From Terriglobia bacterium (GTDB lineage Bacteria; Acidobacteriota; Terriglobia; JAJPHL01; JAPKYU01), in assembly GCA_965223005.1 (NCBI GenBank), contig CBDCVK010000010.1, forward strand, positions 672,001 to 736,000: DNA of 64,000 nt. The letters run 5' to 3'. The notes under the pieces are model-generated. The model was not told the origin of the DNA. It did not search any database and saw only the letters and a program-made list of their open reading frames with translations. The first letter of the stretch is position 1; each line of letters starts with the position of its first letter. A program made the translations under genes and the position numbers. Shown here in pieces: positions 1-10,195 of the stretch.

Positions 1-2
1 AA

Positions 3-1115
3 CGGTCCCGGGCGGCGGGCGCCGACCTGGTGGATTTCGGCGCGGGTGAGCCGGATTTCATCACCCCCGACAATATCTGCCAAGCCGCCATCCGCGCCAT
101 CCAGGAGGGCTTTACCAAGTACACCCCGACCGGCGGAGTCGCCGACCTGAAACGGGCCATCTGCGAATGGCACCACCAGCAGTTCGGCACCGAATACACG
201 CCGGCCGAAGTGCTGGTCACCGTGGGGGGCAAGCACGCCATCTTCAACGCCATTTCGGTGCTGGTCAATCCCGGCGACGAGGTGGTGCTGCCGGTGCCTT
301 ACTGGGTCAGCTTCCGCGACATTATCCAGTACGCGGGCGGGCGCGCGGTCCTGGTGCCGACCGATGAAGAAGCCGGCTACCGGCTGCGGCAGGAAGCTGT
401 CGAGCAGGCCCTGACGGAACGCACGCGCTTGCTGATTATCAACTCCCCCAGCAACCCCAGCGGGGCGGTGATCGGGCCCAAGGAGTTTCGCCAGTTTTAC
501 GACCTGACCGCCGCGCGCGGCGTCTTGCTGCTTTCCGACGAGTGCTACTCGCACTTTGTCTACGAAGGCCAGCCCTTCTCGGTGGGGGCATTCCCCGGCG
601 CTCGCGAAAAGGCCATCGTGGTCGGTTCACTCTCGAAGACCTTTGCCATGACGGGCTGGCGGGTGGGCTACGTGCTGGCACGCCCCGAGATCATTCAGGC
701 TATGTTAAAGCTGCAGAGCCACTGCACCTCCAACACCACTTCCATCGCGCAGAAGGCGGCCATCGAGGCGCTCCGGGGCCCCCAGGATTCGGTGGGCCAG
801 ATGTGTGCCGAATATCGGCAGCGGCGCGATTTCGTGGTGCAGGGGCTGCGTGACATCCCCGGCATCCGTTGCCCGATGCCGCAGGGGGCCTTCTACGTGT
901 ACCCGAACGTGGGCGCCTACCTGAAGATTGACGGGGGCACCTCCACCATGGAGCTGACCGGCCGCCTCCTCCGCGAAGCGCAGGTGGCGCTGGTGCCGGG
1001 CGAGGCCTTCGGCACTACGGAACATCTGCGGCTTTCCTACGCCACCTCGATCCGCGAGCTGGAGCGGGGTCTGGAGCGGATGCGCCAGTTCTTCGCCAAG
1101 CTGGGGCCGAGTTGA
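3..1115 (+). CDS. PLP-dependent class I aminotransferase (aspartate aminotransferase-like), 5' end truncated by the window
   Basis: GAGEPDF, NSPSNPSG, DECY and SLSKTFAMTGWRVG (PLP lysine) motifs. The frame is open from position 3 (RSRAAGADLVDFG). Confidence 0.92.
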   Translation, partial: RSRAAGADLVDFGAGEPDFITPDNICQAAIRAIQEGFTKYTPTGGVADLKRAICEWHHQQFGTEYTPAEVLVTVGGKHAIFNAISVLVNPGDEVVLPVPYWVSFRDIIQYAGGRAVLVPTDEEAGYRLRQEAVEQALTERTRLLIINSPSNPSGAVIGPKEFRQFYDLTAARGVLLLSDECYSHFVYEGQPFSVGAFPGAREKAIVVGSLSKTFAMTGWRVGYVLARPEIIQAMLKLQSHCTSNTTSIAQKAAIEALRGPQDSVGQMCAEYRQRRDFVVQGLRDIPGIRCPMPQGAFYVYPNVGAYLKIDGGTSTMELTGRLLREAQVALVPGEAFGTTEHLRLSYATSIRELERGLERMRQFFAKLGPS

Positions 1116-1133
1116 GGCCAAGTTGAGGTAGGC

Positions 1134-2030
1134 GTGGACCCCGAGCAGCAGCCCTTCCCCATTGCGCCCTCTTACTACGAAAAAGTCTGGGGGCAGCTCC
1201 GCGATGGGCGGCGCCTGGGCGAGATTTGGTTTCCGGCGCTCCCGCTGCTGCTGAAGTTCCTCTTCACTAGCGACAAGCTTTCCGTGCAGGTGCACCCGGC
1301 TGACGCCTACGCGCGGCAGCACGAGAACAGCGCTGGCAAGACCGAATGCTGGTACGTGATGGAAGTCGAGCCGGGCGCTCGACTGGCCGTGGGGTTCCGC
1401 CGGGACATGGGCCGCGAGGAAATTCGGGAACGGGTGCGCGGGGGAACCATCGAAGAAGAACTGAACTGGCTCGCGGTCGATCCAGGTGACTTCATCTTTG
1501 TGCCGGCGGGCACCGTCCATGCCATCGGGCCGGGCCTGACGCTGTGTGAAGTGCAACAATTCAGTGACATCACCTACCGGATCTACGATTACGGGCGCCC
1601 CCGTGAGCTTCATTTGGAAAAGGCGCTTGAGGTGATGCGGCATCATCCGGCTGCCGGGTGCATTCGGCCCGCCCGGGCGGGCTCGGCTGAGCTCACTCAC
1701 GACTACCTGGTCGGCTGCCGCCACTTTGCTCTGGAGCGCCTCTCGACAGCGCGCACCTATTGCAGCCAAAAGGAAGCAACCCGCGTTGAGGTGCTCATTT
1801 TTCTGGAGGGCGAAGGAAAGATTGCAGCGGGAGATTTTCAGGCACCCTACGGTCGCCAGCAAGCGTGGTGCCTGCCGGAGACCCTGGAGAAATATGCCCT
1901 GGTCCCCAGCCGTCCCACCAACTGGCTGAAGGCTTACGTGCCGGCCAGCGTCGAGGGATTCCGGGCCACACTCGAGCGAGCAGGAGTGCCCGGGGAGCAG
2001 CAGAGGAGGATCGCGATTGAAGACCTCTGA
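1134..2030 (+). CDS. manA: Class I mannose-6-phosphate isomerase
   Basis: PLLLKFL, LSVQVHP, GKTECWY, PAGTVHAIG, EVQQFSDITYRIYDY and RELHLEKA motifs. Sits upstream of manC and PGM. Confidence 0.93.
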   Translation: MDPEQQPFPIAPSYYEKVWGQLRDGRRLGEIWFPALPLLLKFLFTSDKLSVQVHPADAYARQHENSAGKTECWYVMEVEPGARLAVGFRRDMGREEIRERVRGGTIEEELNWLAVDPGDFIFVPAGTVHAIGPGLTLCEVQQFSDITYRIYDYGRPRELHLEKALEVMRHHPAAGCIRPARAGSAELTHDYLVGCRHFALERLSTARTYCSQKEATRVEVLIFLEGEGKIAAGDFQAPYGRQQAWCLPETLEKYALVPSRPTNWLKAYVPASVEGFRATLERAGVPGEQQRRIAIEDL

Positions 2031-2033
2031 CAA

Positions 2034-2150
2034 TTTTGGATTTCGGATTTTGGATTGTTTACCCTCACCTGGCTCTGTGGTGGAAGATGGTTTCGGCTCT
2101 CTTCGTGTATGAAAAAATCCGCAAACCAAAATCTGAAATCCGAAATCCGC
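2034..2150. repeat. Heptamer-periodic inverted repeat pair (TTTTGGA/TTTCGGA ... AAATCCG/AAATCTG)
   Basis: The reverse complement of 2034-2056 (aatccaaaatccgaaatccaaaa) matches aaaccaaaatctgaaatccgaaa in the right tract at 20/23 positions. Confidence 0.7.
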
Positions 2151-3236
2151 TTGCACGCCGTGATTCTGGCTGGCGGGCGGGGCACCCGATTCTGGCCTCT
2201 CAGCCGCCGGCAACGGGCCAAGCAGGTGCTGCCCGTGTTGGGCCGCGGCAGCCTGATCCAGCAGACACTGGAGCGGCTGCAACCGGTGGTCCCACCCAGG
2301 CGCACCTGGATCCTTACCAACCAGCACCTGCGTGAGCTCATCCTGCGGCAGCTTCCGGCCATCCCGCCGTCGCAGGTGATCGCCGAGCCTGCCCAGCGCA
2401 ATACAGCCCCGGCCATCGGCCTGGCCGCACAATTGATTGCGCGCGTGGCCGGCCGGGAGGCGTTGCTTGGGGTTTTTCCGTCCGATCACGTCGTGGCCCG
2501 CCCGGTGCAGTTTCATAAGGCGCTGCGGGTGGCATCGCGTGCCGCCGCCGCCGGGTCCCTGGTGGTCCTGGGCATCCGCCCACGCTGGCCCGAAACCGGC
2601 TACGGCTACATCCAGTTCGTGGCCCGCCCCTCGATCGGACTCCGGCTCCAGCCTGTCGAGCGTTTCCGCGAGAAGCCGGACCTGGCGACCGCCCGGCGTT
2701 TCTTGCGCAGCGGGCGGCACTTCTGGAACAGCGGAATGTTCCTGTGGTCTGCCGGAACCATCCTGGACGCGTTGGAACAATACCTGCCGCGAACTGCAGC
2801 GGTTCTGGCCGAAATCGCCGGAGATTTCCGGCCGGCAACACTAGCTCGCCTCTACCCAAGGTGCGACAACATTTCGGTGGACTATGCGGTGCTGGAAAAG
2901 GCAGGAGCCAGGCGGCGAGTCGCGGGCCTGTGCTGCGAAATGGGTTGGAATGACGTGGGAAGCTGGAACGCCCTCTATGAGCTGTTGCCGCACGACAAGG
3001 CCGGCAACGCGGTGCGCGGTCAGGCCTGGCTGCTTGACGCCCGGGGCAATTACCTGGACCTGCTGGGAGTACCGGGAAGCAAGGGGCCAAAAAAGATGGT
3101 TGCGGCCATCGGGGTGGAAAACTTGGTGGTAGTAGACTGCCGCGACGCGCTATTGATTGCGCGCCGCGATCGGGCACAGGACGTGGCGAAGGTGGTGGCG
3201 TGGCTGGAAAAGAACAAGCGCGAGAAGTTGCTGTAG
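2109..3236 (+). CDS. manC: Mannose-1-phosphate guanylyltransferase
   Basis: VILAGGRGTRFWPLSR, EPAQRNTAPAI, PSDH, ETGYGYI, FREKP, WNSGMF, ISVDYAVLEK and GWNDVGSW motifs. ATG at 2109 is preferred over the TTG at 2055. Confidence 0.93.
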   Translation: MKKSANQNLKSEIRLHAVILAGGRGTRFWPLSRRQRAKQVLPVLGRGSLIQQTLERLQPVVPPRRTWILTNQHLRELILRQLPAIPPSQVIAEPAQRNTAPAIGLAAQLIARVAGREALLGVFPSDHVVARPVQFHKALRVASRAAAAGSLVVLGIRPRWPETGYGYIQFVARPSIGLRLQPVERFREKPDLATARRFLRSGRHFWNSGMFLWSAGTILDALEQYLPRTAAVLAEIAGDFRPATLARLYPRCDNISVDYAVLEKAGARRRVAGLCCEMGWNDVGSWNALYELLPHDKAGNAVRGQAWLLDARGNYLDLLGVPGSKGPKKMVAAIGVENLVVVDCRDALLIARRDRAQDVAKVVAWLEKNKREKLL

Positions 3237-4621
3237 CCGGGATCAAGTTCGGCACCGACGGGTGGCGCGGCGTCATCGCCGACGACTTCACCACCGACAA
3301 CGTGCGCCGGGTGGCGCGCGCGGTCGCCTCCTACATTCAGCGTTACGAGCAACCGGAGCGCGGAGTCGCCATCGGCTACGACTTGCGCTTTGGCTCGGAG
3401 CGCTTCGCGCAGGCGGCTGCCGAGGAGCTGGCCCGTGCCGGCCTGCGCGTCTGGCTGGCGGCCGACCACACCCCGACACCGGTCGTCTCCTACGCCGTGC
3501 GCCACTGGCAGACGGCCGGCGCGGTGATGATTACCGCCAGCCACAACCCCTGGCAGTGGAACGGCATCAAATTCAAAGCGAGTTACGGAGGTTCGGCTTC
3601 GCCGGAGATTGTTCGCAAGATTGAAGCCGCGATCGACGTCCCGGTGCCGCAACAGCCCGGCGGAGATATCCGCCACGCGGATTTCCGCGCGCCCTACCTG
3701 GAACACGTGGCACGACTAGCCAACCTGAAGAAGATCGCCAGCGCCGGTCTGAAGCTGGCGGTGGATCCCATGTATGGCGCCTCCCGCGGCTACCTACCGG
3801 CGCTGTTCGAGCAGCACGGCATTCCTAACCGGGAAGTGCATGGCGTGCGGAACCCGCTTTTCCCCGGCCTGAATCCGGAACCCATTGAGCCGCACGTCGA
3901 GGGACTGCGGCGTGCCGTCGTGGAAGACGGCCTCGACGCCGGCTTTGCTCTGGACGGCGATGCCGACCGGGTGGGGGCGATTGACCGGACCGGGGAGATG
4001 GTGGATTCCCACCGCATCTTCAGCTTGCTGCTCGAATACCTGCTGGAGCAGCGCGGGTTGCGCGGCGAAGTGGCCAAGACCTTTTCCACCACCAAGATGG
4101 TAGACCGCATCGCGGTGCGCCACGGCTTGAAGCTGCACGAGACCCCCATCGGCTTCAAGCACATCTGCGACCTCATGCTGGAGCGCGACATTCTGATCGG
4201 CGGGGAGGAGAGCGGGGGCATCGGTGTCAAGGGACACCTGCCAGAGCGCGACGGCATCTTGGTCTCCCTCCTGCTGGCCGAGCTGATGGCCGACCGCGGC
4301 AAAACCCTGGGCGAGCTGGTGGGCGAACTGCACCGCCGCTACGGGCCGCAGGTTTACAACCGGCTGGATCTGCACTTGTCGCCGGGGCAGAAAGAGCGAG
4401 CAGTGGCGGCTCTGGCAAAGGCCCCCGCGAACATTGCGGGTTTCCCTGTGACGGGGACCGAAACGCTGGATGGCATCAAGTTCCTGCTCGAACCCAACGC
4501 CTGGGTGCTGGTGCGCGTCTCCGGCACCGAGCCGCTGCTGCGGCTCTACGCCGAAGCGCCTTCCGCCGACGCAGTGGCAGCCATCCTGAGCCACATGGAG
4601 GAACTGGTCCGGAATGCCTGA
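3200..4621 (+). CDS. Phosphoglucomutase/phosphomannomutase
   Basis: IKFGTDGWRG, ITASHNP (catalytic Ser), DGDADR, GGEESGG and RVSGTEP motifs. Exact start uncertain. Confidence 0.93.
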   Translation: MAGKEQAREVAVAGIKFGTDGWRGVIADDFTTDNVRRVARAVASYIQRYEQPERGVAIGYDLRFGSERFAQAAAEELARAGLRVWLAADHTPTPVVSYAVRHWQTAGAVMITASHNPWQWNGIKFKASYGGSASPEIVRKIEAAIDVPVPQQPGGDIRHADFRAPYLEHVARLANLKKIASAGLKLAVDPMYGASRGYLPALFEQHGIPNREVHGVRNPLFPGLNPEPIEPHVEGLRRAVVEDGLDAGFALDGDADRVGAIDRTGEMVDSHRIFSLLLEYLLEQRGLRGEVAKTFSTTKMVDRIAVRHGLKLHETPIGFKHICDLMLERDILIGGEESGGIGVKGHLPERDGILVSLLLAELMADRGKTLGELVGELHRRYGPQVYNRLDLHLSPGQKERAVAALAKAPANIAGFPVTGTETLDGIKFLLEPNAWVLVRVSGTEPLLRLYAEAPSADAVAAILSHMEELVRNA

Positions 4622-5741
4622 GGAGGAGGCGCGCGCCCACCGCTACCAGCGCGCGCGGCGCTACCTCGGGCTGGCCGATTTCCTGCTCGGCTTGGCTTGG
4701 CTGGCAGCGCTGCTGTTACTGGGCTGGTCAGCTGTCCTTTGCGACTTCGCCTGGGCAATGGCCCGCAACTTCGGCGTCGCCCTGCTGTATTACACCGCGC
4801 TGCTGGCGCTGCTGGGCAAAGCGCTGGGACTGCCGCTGGACTATTACTCAGGATACGTACTGGAACACCGCTACGGGCTTTCCAACATGACCCGCGCGGC
4901 CTGGGTGAAAGATCAAGCCAAAGGCTTCGCGCTGGGCGTCACACTGGCGCTCGTGGCCACGCAGGTCCTCTACCGCCTGCTTCGCTCCTTCCCTGAACAC
5001 TGGTGGCTGATTGCCTGGGCCGTCTTCCTGCTGTTCGTGGTGGCCCTGACAAATCTGGCCCCGGTGTTGCTATTCCCGCTGTTTTACAAGTTCCACCCGC
5101 TCCAGGACAAGGAAATCAACCAGCGGCTACTCGGGCTCTGCGACCGCGCCGGAACTCGCGTCCGCGGCATCTTCGAGTGGAAGCTGAGCGCGAAGAGCCG
5201 CAAGGCCAACGCCGCGCTCGCCGGCTGGGGCAACACGCGCCGCATCCTGCTAGCCGATACTCTGCTGGAAAACTACTCGCCGGAGGAGATTGAGTCCATC
5301 CTGGCGCATGAGCTGGCGCATCACGTCCATCATCACATCGGCAAGTCATTGGCGCTCCAGGCGGCGACCAGCTTCGCTGGATTCTGGCTGGCCGACGTGG
5401 CTTTGCGCGCCTTCTCGCCCCGGTTCGGCTTCCTCGGACTGGACGATTTCGCCAACTTGCCGTTGCTGGCGCTGGTCGGCGCCGCTCTTTCGCTTGTGCT
5501 GCTCCCGGTGGTGAACGGCGTCTCCCGGTATTTTGAGCGGCAGGCCGACGATTACGCCCTGCGCGCCATCTCCAGCGTTGATCCGTTTATCTCCAGCATG
5601 GAGAAATTAGCGGTCCAGAACTTGAGCGAGCGCCGCCCCCATCCGCTGCTGGAGTTCCTCTTCCACGGCCACCATTCAGTGGAGAAACGCATCCGCCGCG
5701 CCCAGGCCTATTCTCAAACTCCCCTGGTTTCGCCCGGCTAG
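4614..5741 (+). CDS. M48 (Ste24-like) membrane zinc metallopeptidase
   Basis: Several TM segments, KANAALAG, HELAH (HExxH) and ERQAD motifs. Confidence 0.88.
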   Translation: MPEEEARAHRYQRARRYLGLADFLLGLAWLAALLLLGWSAVLCDFAWAMARNFGVALLYYTALLALLGKALGLPLDYYSGYVLEHRYGLSNMTRAAWVKDQAKGFALGVTLALVATQVLYRLLRSFPEHWWLIAWAVFLLFVVALTNLAPVLLFPLFYKFHPLQDKEINQRLLGLCDRAGTRVRGIFEWKLSAKSRKANAALAGWGNTRRILLADTLLENYSPEEIESILAHELAHHVHHHIGKSLALQAATSFAGFWLADVALRAFSPRFGFLGLDDFANLPLLALVGAALSLVLLPVVNGVSRYFERQADDYALRAISSVDPFISSMEKLAVQNLSERRPHPLLEFLFHGHHSVEKRIRRAQAYSQTPLVSPG

Positions 5742-5840
5742 TGTCGTGTAGCGTTGGAGCTTGCTGCGGAACAGCGGTGCCACCTGGTGGTAGGACAGAA
5801 TTAGCCGGCCGCGACCAGGAAAACCCGCTCCGGCCGGCAT

Positions 5841-6527
5841 TCAAAGTTCTGGCGGACGTTCTGGAGGTTTGGGTTCTTTGTCTGCTCCTGGAAGCGTGGG
5901 TTCCTCATCGGAATCTGCCGTCAGTTCCATGTCAAGTTTCACGCCGCTATAGCTGAGGACCTGGCCGCACCGGCAGCGGTATTTGCCTTCCCGGGCATTG
6001 ACCGGGAGATTCAGTAGCGAATGACAGGCGCCGCAGCGCAGTAATGGATGGAAGCTGCGGTCCCGGGCGTCGAGCATGGTCAGGCCATGGCAGGACGGGC
6101 AGGAGAACGTAATACCTGTCCCCGAACGAGCGGGCTCCCCCTCGCAAGGCACGGGGAATGCGCAATGGCGGCAGTTTACGTGGGAGTTTCGCAAGTCGAC
6201 ATCCGCGCCAGTCCCCTTCAGGGAAGAGCAGATCGCAAAGGAGGTCTCGTCACCCACGTAGCGGGCCAGGACAGCAGGCGTCTGGACCAAGGCACGTTGG
6301 GCCGCTTCAACCGAAGGAAACACTTTCAGCTCCACCAACTGACCAGCGAAACGGTCTGGATTCACCCCTGCAAGCGAATGCAGTACGATATCCTTCAGAG
6401 TTATCATGCGGCGATCCGTCTCGTCGCGCCGATCCCTCCTCCCCCTGCGCCGTTCGATCAATACGGGTATGTATCGCCGGCGACGGTCTCGGCCGCTGCG
6501 TCGATAGGATTTCCGCTCTTTCGTCAC
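5841..6527 (-). CDS. Hypothetical protein: Arg-rich DRR/ERR repeats + L7/L12-CTD-like segment + Cys-rich zinc ribbons
   Basis: RRSGRDRRRR..ERRRGRRDRRDETDRR; Cys pairs CRHC, CPSC, CGAC, CRC. Purine-rich RBS-like sequence before the GTG start. Confidence 0.7.
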   Translation of the reverse strand: MTKERKSYRRSGRDRRRRYIPVLIERRRGRRDRRDETDRRMITLKDIVLHSLAGVNPDRFAGQLVELKVFPSVEAAQRALVQTPAVLARYVGDETSFAICSSLKGTGADVDLRNSHVNCRHCAFPVPCEGEPARSGTGITFSCPSCHGLTMLDARDRSFHPLLRCGACHSLLNLPVNAREGKYRCRCGQVLSYSGVKLDMELTADSDEEPTLPGADKEPKPPERPPEL

Positions 6528-6638
6528 CAGATCCCTTTCCCTTTCGCACGGGGCCAGTAACCCATTGTGTGAACAGTATATTTGCAGACCGGGAGTTGGG
6601 CAACCCGAGCCGTCGTATTGTTACAACCAAGTCATTTG

Positions 6639-7190
6639 TTATGAACTCGAAGCGTATCGCTGCCCCCGGCGGCTCATCCAGATGAGCCAGACAACGGTGG
6701 CAAGCATTCCGAGCCAGCCGAGACGGCGAGTCAGGCCGCCGATCGTGCGGTCGTGCCCTAGCACACCCCAATGGCTGAACAAGAATTCCCAATCGTGCTC
6801 ACCCGTACCCACCAGCGGGATCACCTGGGTGCGCGCGTCGGCCATGTAGGTGCCGATGTACAGGAAGTTCTCGAAGAACCAGAAGGCGGCGAAGGCCAAC
6901 GCCGCGGTCTGGCGATGCCAGAAGAAATAGATCGCAATCAGCAGCGGGACCAGCAACTCACCGAGCGTCCCGCCCAGGATGCCGATCGTGTACCCAAACC
7001 AACCAAAAAGGAAATGGCCGCCCTCGTGGATGATCAGGTTGACGTTGTCGATCAGCAGGAAGCCGTCCCGATCGGTGGCTGCGTGCAGCAGGAACAACGC
7101 GTAGAAGGCCACCCAGCCCACCAACGCCGCGCGCGAGACGGACTGCCAATCCCCTTCCGGCCGCTCCCAGGGAAGCTCCACAGCCGGCAT
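6639..7190 (-). CDS. Membrane protein with HExxH motif (M50-like peptidase candidate)
   Basis: IIHEGGH, about 4 TM helices, and YMADA..GEHDW motif. Confidence 0.7.
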   Translation of the reverse strand: MPAVELPWERPEGDWQSVSRAALVGWVAFYALFLLHAATDRDGFLLIDNVNLIIHEGGHFLFGWFGYTIGILGGTLGELLVPLLIAIYFFWHRQTAALAFAAFWFFENFLYIGTYMADARTQVIPLVGTGEHDWEFLFSHWGVLGHDRTIGGLTRRLGWLGMLATVVWLIWMSRRGQRYASSS

Positions 7191-7290
7191 TCTAGCACCG
7201 GGCCAGCCCTGCGTCGTATGAGCCCGCAGCGGGGTCCACGAACTCTTTCAGGATGCTAGCGGAACGCGCGGAGGTTCCCAGGCCGGCGGC

Positions 7291-7635
7291 TCACCCGGAG
7301 TAGTCCTCGCAATAGGGATCTTCGCGGTGGTGGTAGTCCTGCTCAGCCTCGGTGTCTTCAAAGACCTCGGTGGTTTCAAAGAAAAGCTCCTTGCTGCCCA
7401 GGATGGCCTCGACGTATTTGTACATCTCCGGTGTCCGCAGCGATTCGTCGCTCAGGTAGATCAAGCGCCGCTCCACCGCCCGGCTGGCCTCCTCGCGCTG
7501 CTCGGGAGTCCACTCGGCGGGCATCTGCTTCAGGGCATACTCGCGCAGTTCGGCGACACGCCGTTCGCGCCAGCGGAGCGGCCCTTCGGCTACCTCTCGG
7601 AAGCGTTCGAAAAATTGCCGCCGCGACAGGCTCAT
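7291..7635 (-). CDS. Hypothetical protein
   Basis: 114-aa ORF with protein-like composition, N-terminal SRRQFF and an acidic tail. Fills the gap next to divergent guaA. Confidence 0.6.
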   Translation of the reverse strand: MSLSRRQFFERFREVAEGPLRWRERRVAELREYALKQMPAEWTPEQREEASRAVERRLIYLSDESLRTPEMYKYVEAILGSKELFFETTEVFEDTEAEQDYHHREDPYCEDYSG

Positions 7636-7877
7636 CTTCCGCTTGGCTCCAATTCTCCCTTATGCCTGATTGGGGGCATGCAGCGGGGCCGTCCCGATAA
7701 GATTTTTTCTTGGTCTTCAGGACAGAGTCAAGGGAAAGGCGCCAGGGCATCGCCAAGGGGAGTCGCGGCCAAGTCCCAAATCGCACATCCAAGCGCAGAA
7801 CACCTGGTTTCTGGGTCGCTGACCCAGGTGGTGCGAGCAGCCAGACAGGTTAGGTACAATGTAGCCTAGGCATTCTC

Positions 7878-9410
7878 ATGCACCAGAGCATCGTCATTCT
7901 GGATTTTGGGTCGCAGTATACCCAGTTGATCGCGCGGCGGATTCGCGAGCAAAACGTCTTCAGCCTCATCCTGCCCTTCCACACCCCAATCGAAAAGCTG
8001 CGGCAAATGAATCCCCGCGGCATCATTCTGTCAGGTGGACCCAGTTCCGTTTTTGACGAGGGGGCACCGCGCTGCTCACCGCAAATCCTTGAGCTGGGGG
8101 TACCGGTGCTGGGCATCTGCTACGGGTTACAGTTGCTGGCCCACCAGTTGGGCGGACGGGTGCGACCCGCCGAGCGCCGCGAGTACGGCCGCGCCCAGCT
8201 CGAGGTGCTGGACGGCTCCGCCCTGCTGACCCATGTGCCTCCCACACTTATGGTCTGGAACAGCCACGGTGATGAGGTGGAAGCGCTGCCGCAGGGCTTC
8301 CGCGCCACCGGACGCACAGCGAATGCCGTGGCCGCCATTGAGGACCAGCAGCGGCGCCTCTACGCAGTTCAATTCCATCCGGAAGTCCACCACACGCCTG
8401 AGGGACCCCAGATCCTCCGCAACTTCGTCGTGGACATCTGCGGCGCCCGCCCGGATTGGACTCCGGCCTCGTTTATTGAGGAAACGATTGCTCGGGTGCG
8501 CAAACAGGTTGGGGCAAGCCATGCAGTTTGCGCCCTGAGTGGAGGAGTGGATTCGACGGTGGCGGCCACGCTGGTCCACCGGGCGATTGGAGCGAGGCTG
8601 ACCTGCGTCTTCGTCGACAACGGGCTGCTGCGCAAAGACGAGTTCCCCACCGTACTGGCGCTGTTGCGGGAAGAGCTGGGGCTCAACGTGATCGGCGTAG
8701 ACGCCGAGCGCCGCTTCCTGGAACGGCTGGCCGGCGTCACCGATCCCGAGCAGAAACGCCGCATCATCGGGGAGGAGTTCATTCGCGTCTTCGAAGTGGA
8801 GGCCGGCAAGCTGGGCCCGGTGGAATACCTGGTTCAGGGAACGCTCTATCCCGATGTGATTGAATCGGTGTCAGTTAAGGGTCCATCGGCCACGATCAAG
8901 ACGCACCACAATGTCGGCGGACTGCCGCAAGAAATGAAGCTGCAATTAATTGAACCCCTGCGCGATCTATTTAAGGACGAAGTACGTCGTGTGGGCCGAG
9001 ACCTCGGCCTGCCGGAATGGGTCCTGCGGCGGCAACCCTTTCCCGGACCAGGCTTGGCCGTGCGCATCGTCGGGGAAGTGACGCCGGAGCGGCTGGCAAT
9101 CCTGAGGGAAGCCGACGCCGTGCTGCTCGAGGAGATTCGCCGGGAAGGCCTCTATGATAAGGTCTGGCAATCGTTTGCGGTGCTTTTACCGGTGCGGAGC
9201 GTTGGAGTGATGGGCGACCAGCGGACCTACGCTTACACTATCGCCCTGCGCTGCGTACAGTCCGAGGACGGCATGACCGCCGACTGGGTACCCCTCTCCC
9301 CCGCCCTCCTCGGCCGCCTATCCAACCGCATCGTCAACGAGGTTTCCGGGGTTAATAGAGTTGTATACGACATCAGCTCGAAACCTCCCAGCACCATCGA
9401 GTGGGAGTAG
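7878..9410 (+). CDS. guaA: GMP synthase (glutamine-hydrolysing)
   Basis: [43 protein letters not shown] and [10 protein letters not shown] motifs. Confidence 0.98.
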   Translation: MHQSIVILDFGSQYTQLIARRIREQNVFSLILPFHTPIEKLRQMNPRGIILSGGPSSVFDEGAPRCSPQILELGVPVLGICYGLQLLAHQLGGRVRPAERREYGRAQLEVLDGSALLTHVPPTLMVWNSHGDEVEALPQGFRATGRTANAVAAIEDQQRRLYAVQFHPEVHHTPEGPQILRNFVVDICGARPDWTPASFIEETIARVRKQVGASHAVCALSGGVDSTVAATLVHRAIGARLTCVFVDNGLLRKDEFPTVLALLREELGLNVIGVDAERRFLERLAGVTDPEQKRRIIGEEFIRVFEVEAGKLGPVEYLVQGTLYPDVIESVSVKGPSATIKTHHNVGGLPQEMKLQLIEPLRDLFKDEVRRVGRDLGLPEWVLRRQPFPGPGLAVRIVGEVTPERLAILREADAVLLEEIRREGLYDKVWQSFAVLLPVRSVGVMGDQRTYAYTIALRCVQSEDGMTADWVPLSPALLGRLSNRIVNEVSGVNRVVYDISSKPPSTIEWE

Positions 9411-9478
9411 GCCCCGGGGGGCGGTGCCGGGAGCCGGGCTGCTTACTGTTGTATCGAACTGAGGGGGGCTAATTTCAA

Positions 9479-9504
9479 GTAACGCCGCGCGGTCGCCTTA
9501 CGTC
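9479..9504 (+). promoter_or_regulatory. Putative ECF-sigma promoter GTAAC-N17-CGTC
   Basis: AAC/CGT bipartite motif directly upstream of the ECF sigma gene. Confidence 0.55.
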
Positions 9505-9515
9505 CGTGTAGGTGT

Positions 9516-10160
9516 ATGGAATGGGTGATGGAACAGGGGCTTAGCGTAGCCACCCAGCCTGCGGTCCAGCCGGAAGTAGCGGTCATCCGCCGGGCCCAAA
9601 AAGGCGATCAGGAAGCCTTCCGCGAGATCGTGGAACGCTACCAGGCCAAGGTGTTCTCCATCATCCGCGGCGTTGTACGTAACCGGAATGATGCGGAAGA
9701 TATTGCCCAGCAAGTATTTACCAAGATATATTTCTCCCTGCCCAAGTCTGATTTTCGCTCCGCGCTAGTCACCTGGATCTACAAGATCACGGTGAACGAG
9801 TGCTATGACTACTTGCGGAAGCAAAAGGTACGGCCTCTGACCTTCGAAGCCGACTTGAACGAGAATGACCTGCGCCGCATTGATAATATGGAGGACCGCG
9901 GCCGAAATCGGGCGAAAGACCTGGATCGCCGCGCCGAACTTCGAGAATACGTGACGAAACTCCTTGACAAGCTCTCCGAGGAGGAGCGGTACTTGTTGTT
10001 TATGAAAGAAATGGAGGGGTATGCGGTCGAGGAGCTGGCCCGCATGGTCTCGATGAACGAGAATACTGTTAAAGTGAAGCTGTTTCGGGCCCGGCAAAAA
10101 TTGGTGAAAGCCGCCAAGAAATCCGGAATGCTGCGTGGCGGCCGACCTCCAGTTTTCTAA
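9516..10160 (+). CDS. ECF-family RNA polymerase sigma factor
   Basis: GDQEAFREIVERY, DAEDIAQQVF, TWIYKITVN and region 4 ENTVKVKLFRARQKL. Confidence 0.93.
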   Translation: MEWVMEQGLSVATQPAVQPEVAVIRRAQKGDQEAFREIVERYQAKVFSIIRGVVRNRNDAEDIAQQVFTKIYFSLPKSDFRSALVTWIYKITVNECYDYLRKQKVRPLTFEADLNENDLRRIDNMEDRGRNRAKDLDRRAELREYVTKLLDKLSEEERYLLFMKEMEGYAVEELARMVSMNENTVKVKLFRARQKLVKAAKKSGMLRGGRPPVF

Positions 10161-10195
10161 ATGGCCTGTGGTTTTCTAAAGGGGAAGAAAAGGCA

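Noticed and set aside
705-2780. 691-aa minus-strand ORF
   Set aside because: Antisense shadow of the aminotransferase/manA/manC genes in high-GC DNA, with no recognisable motifs.
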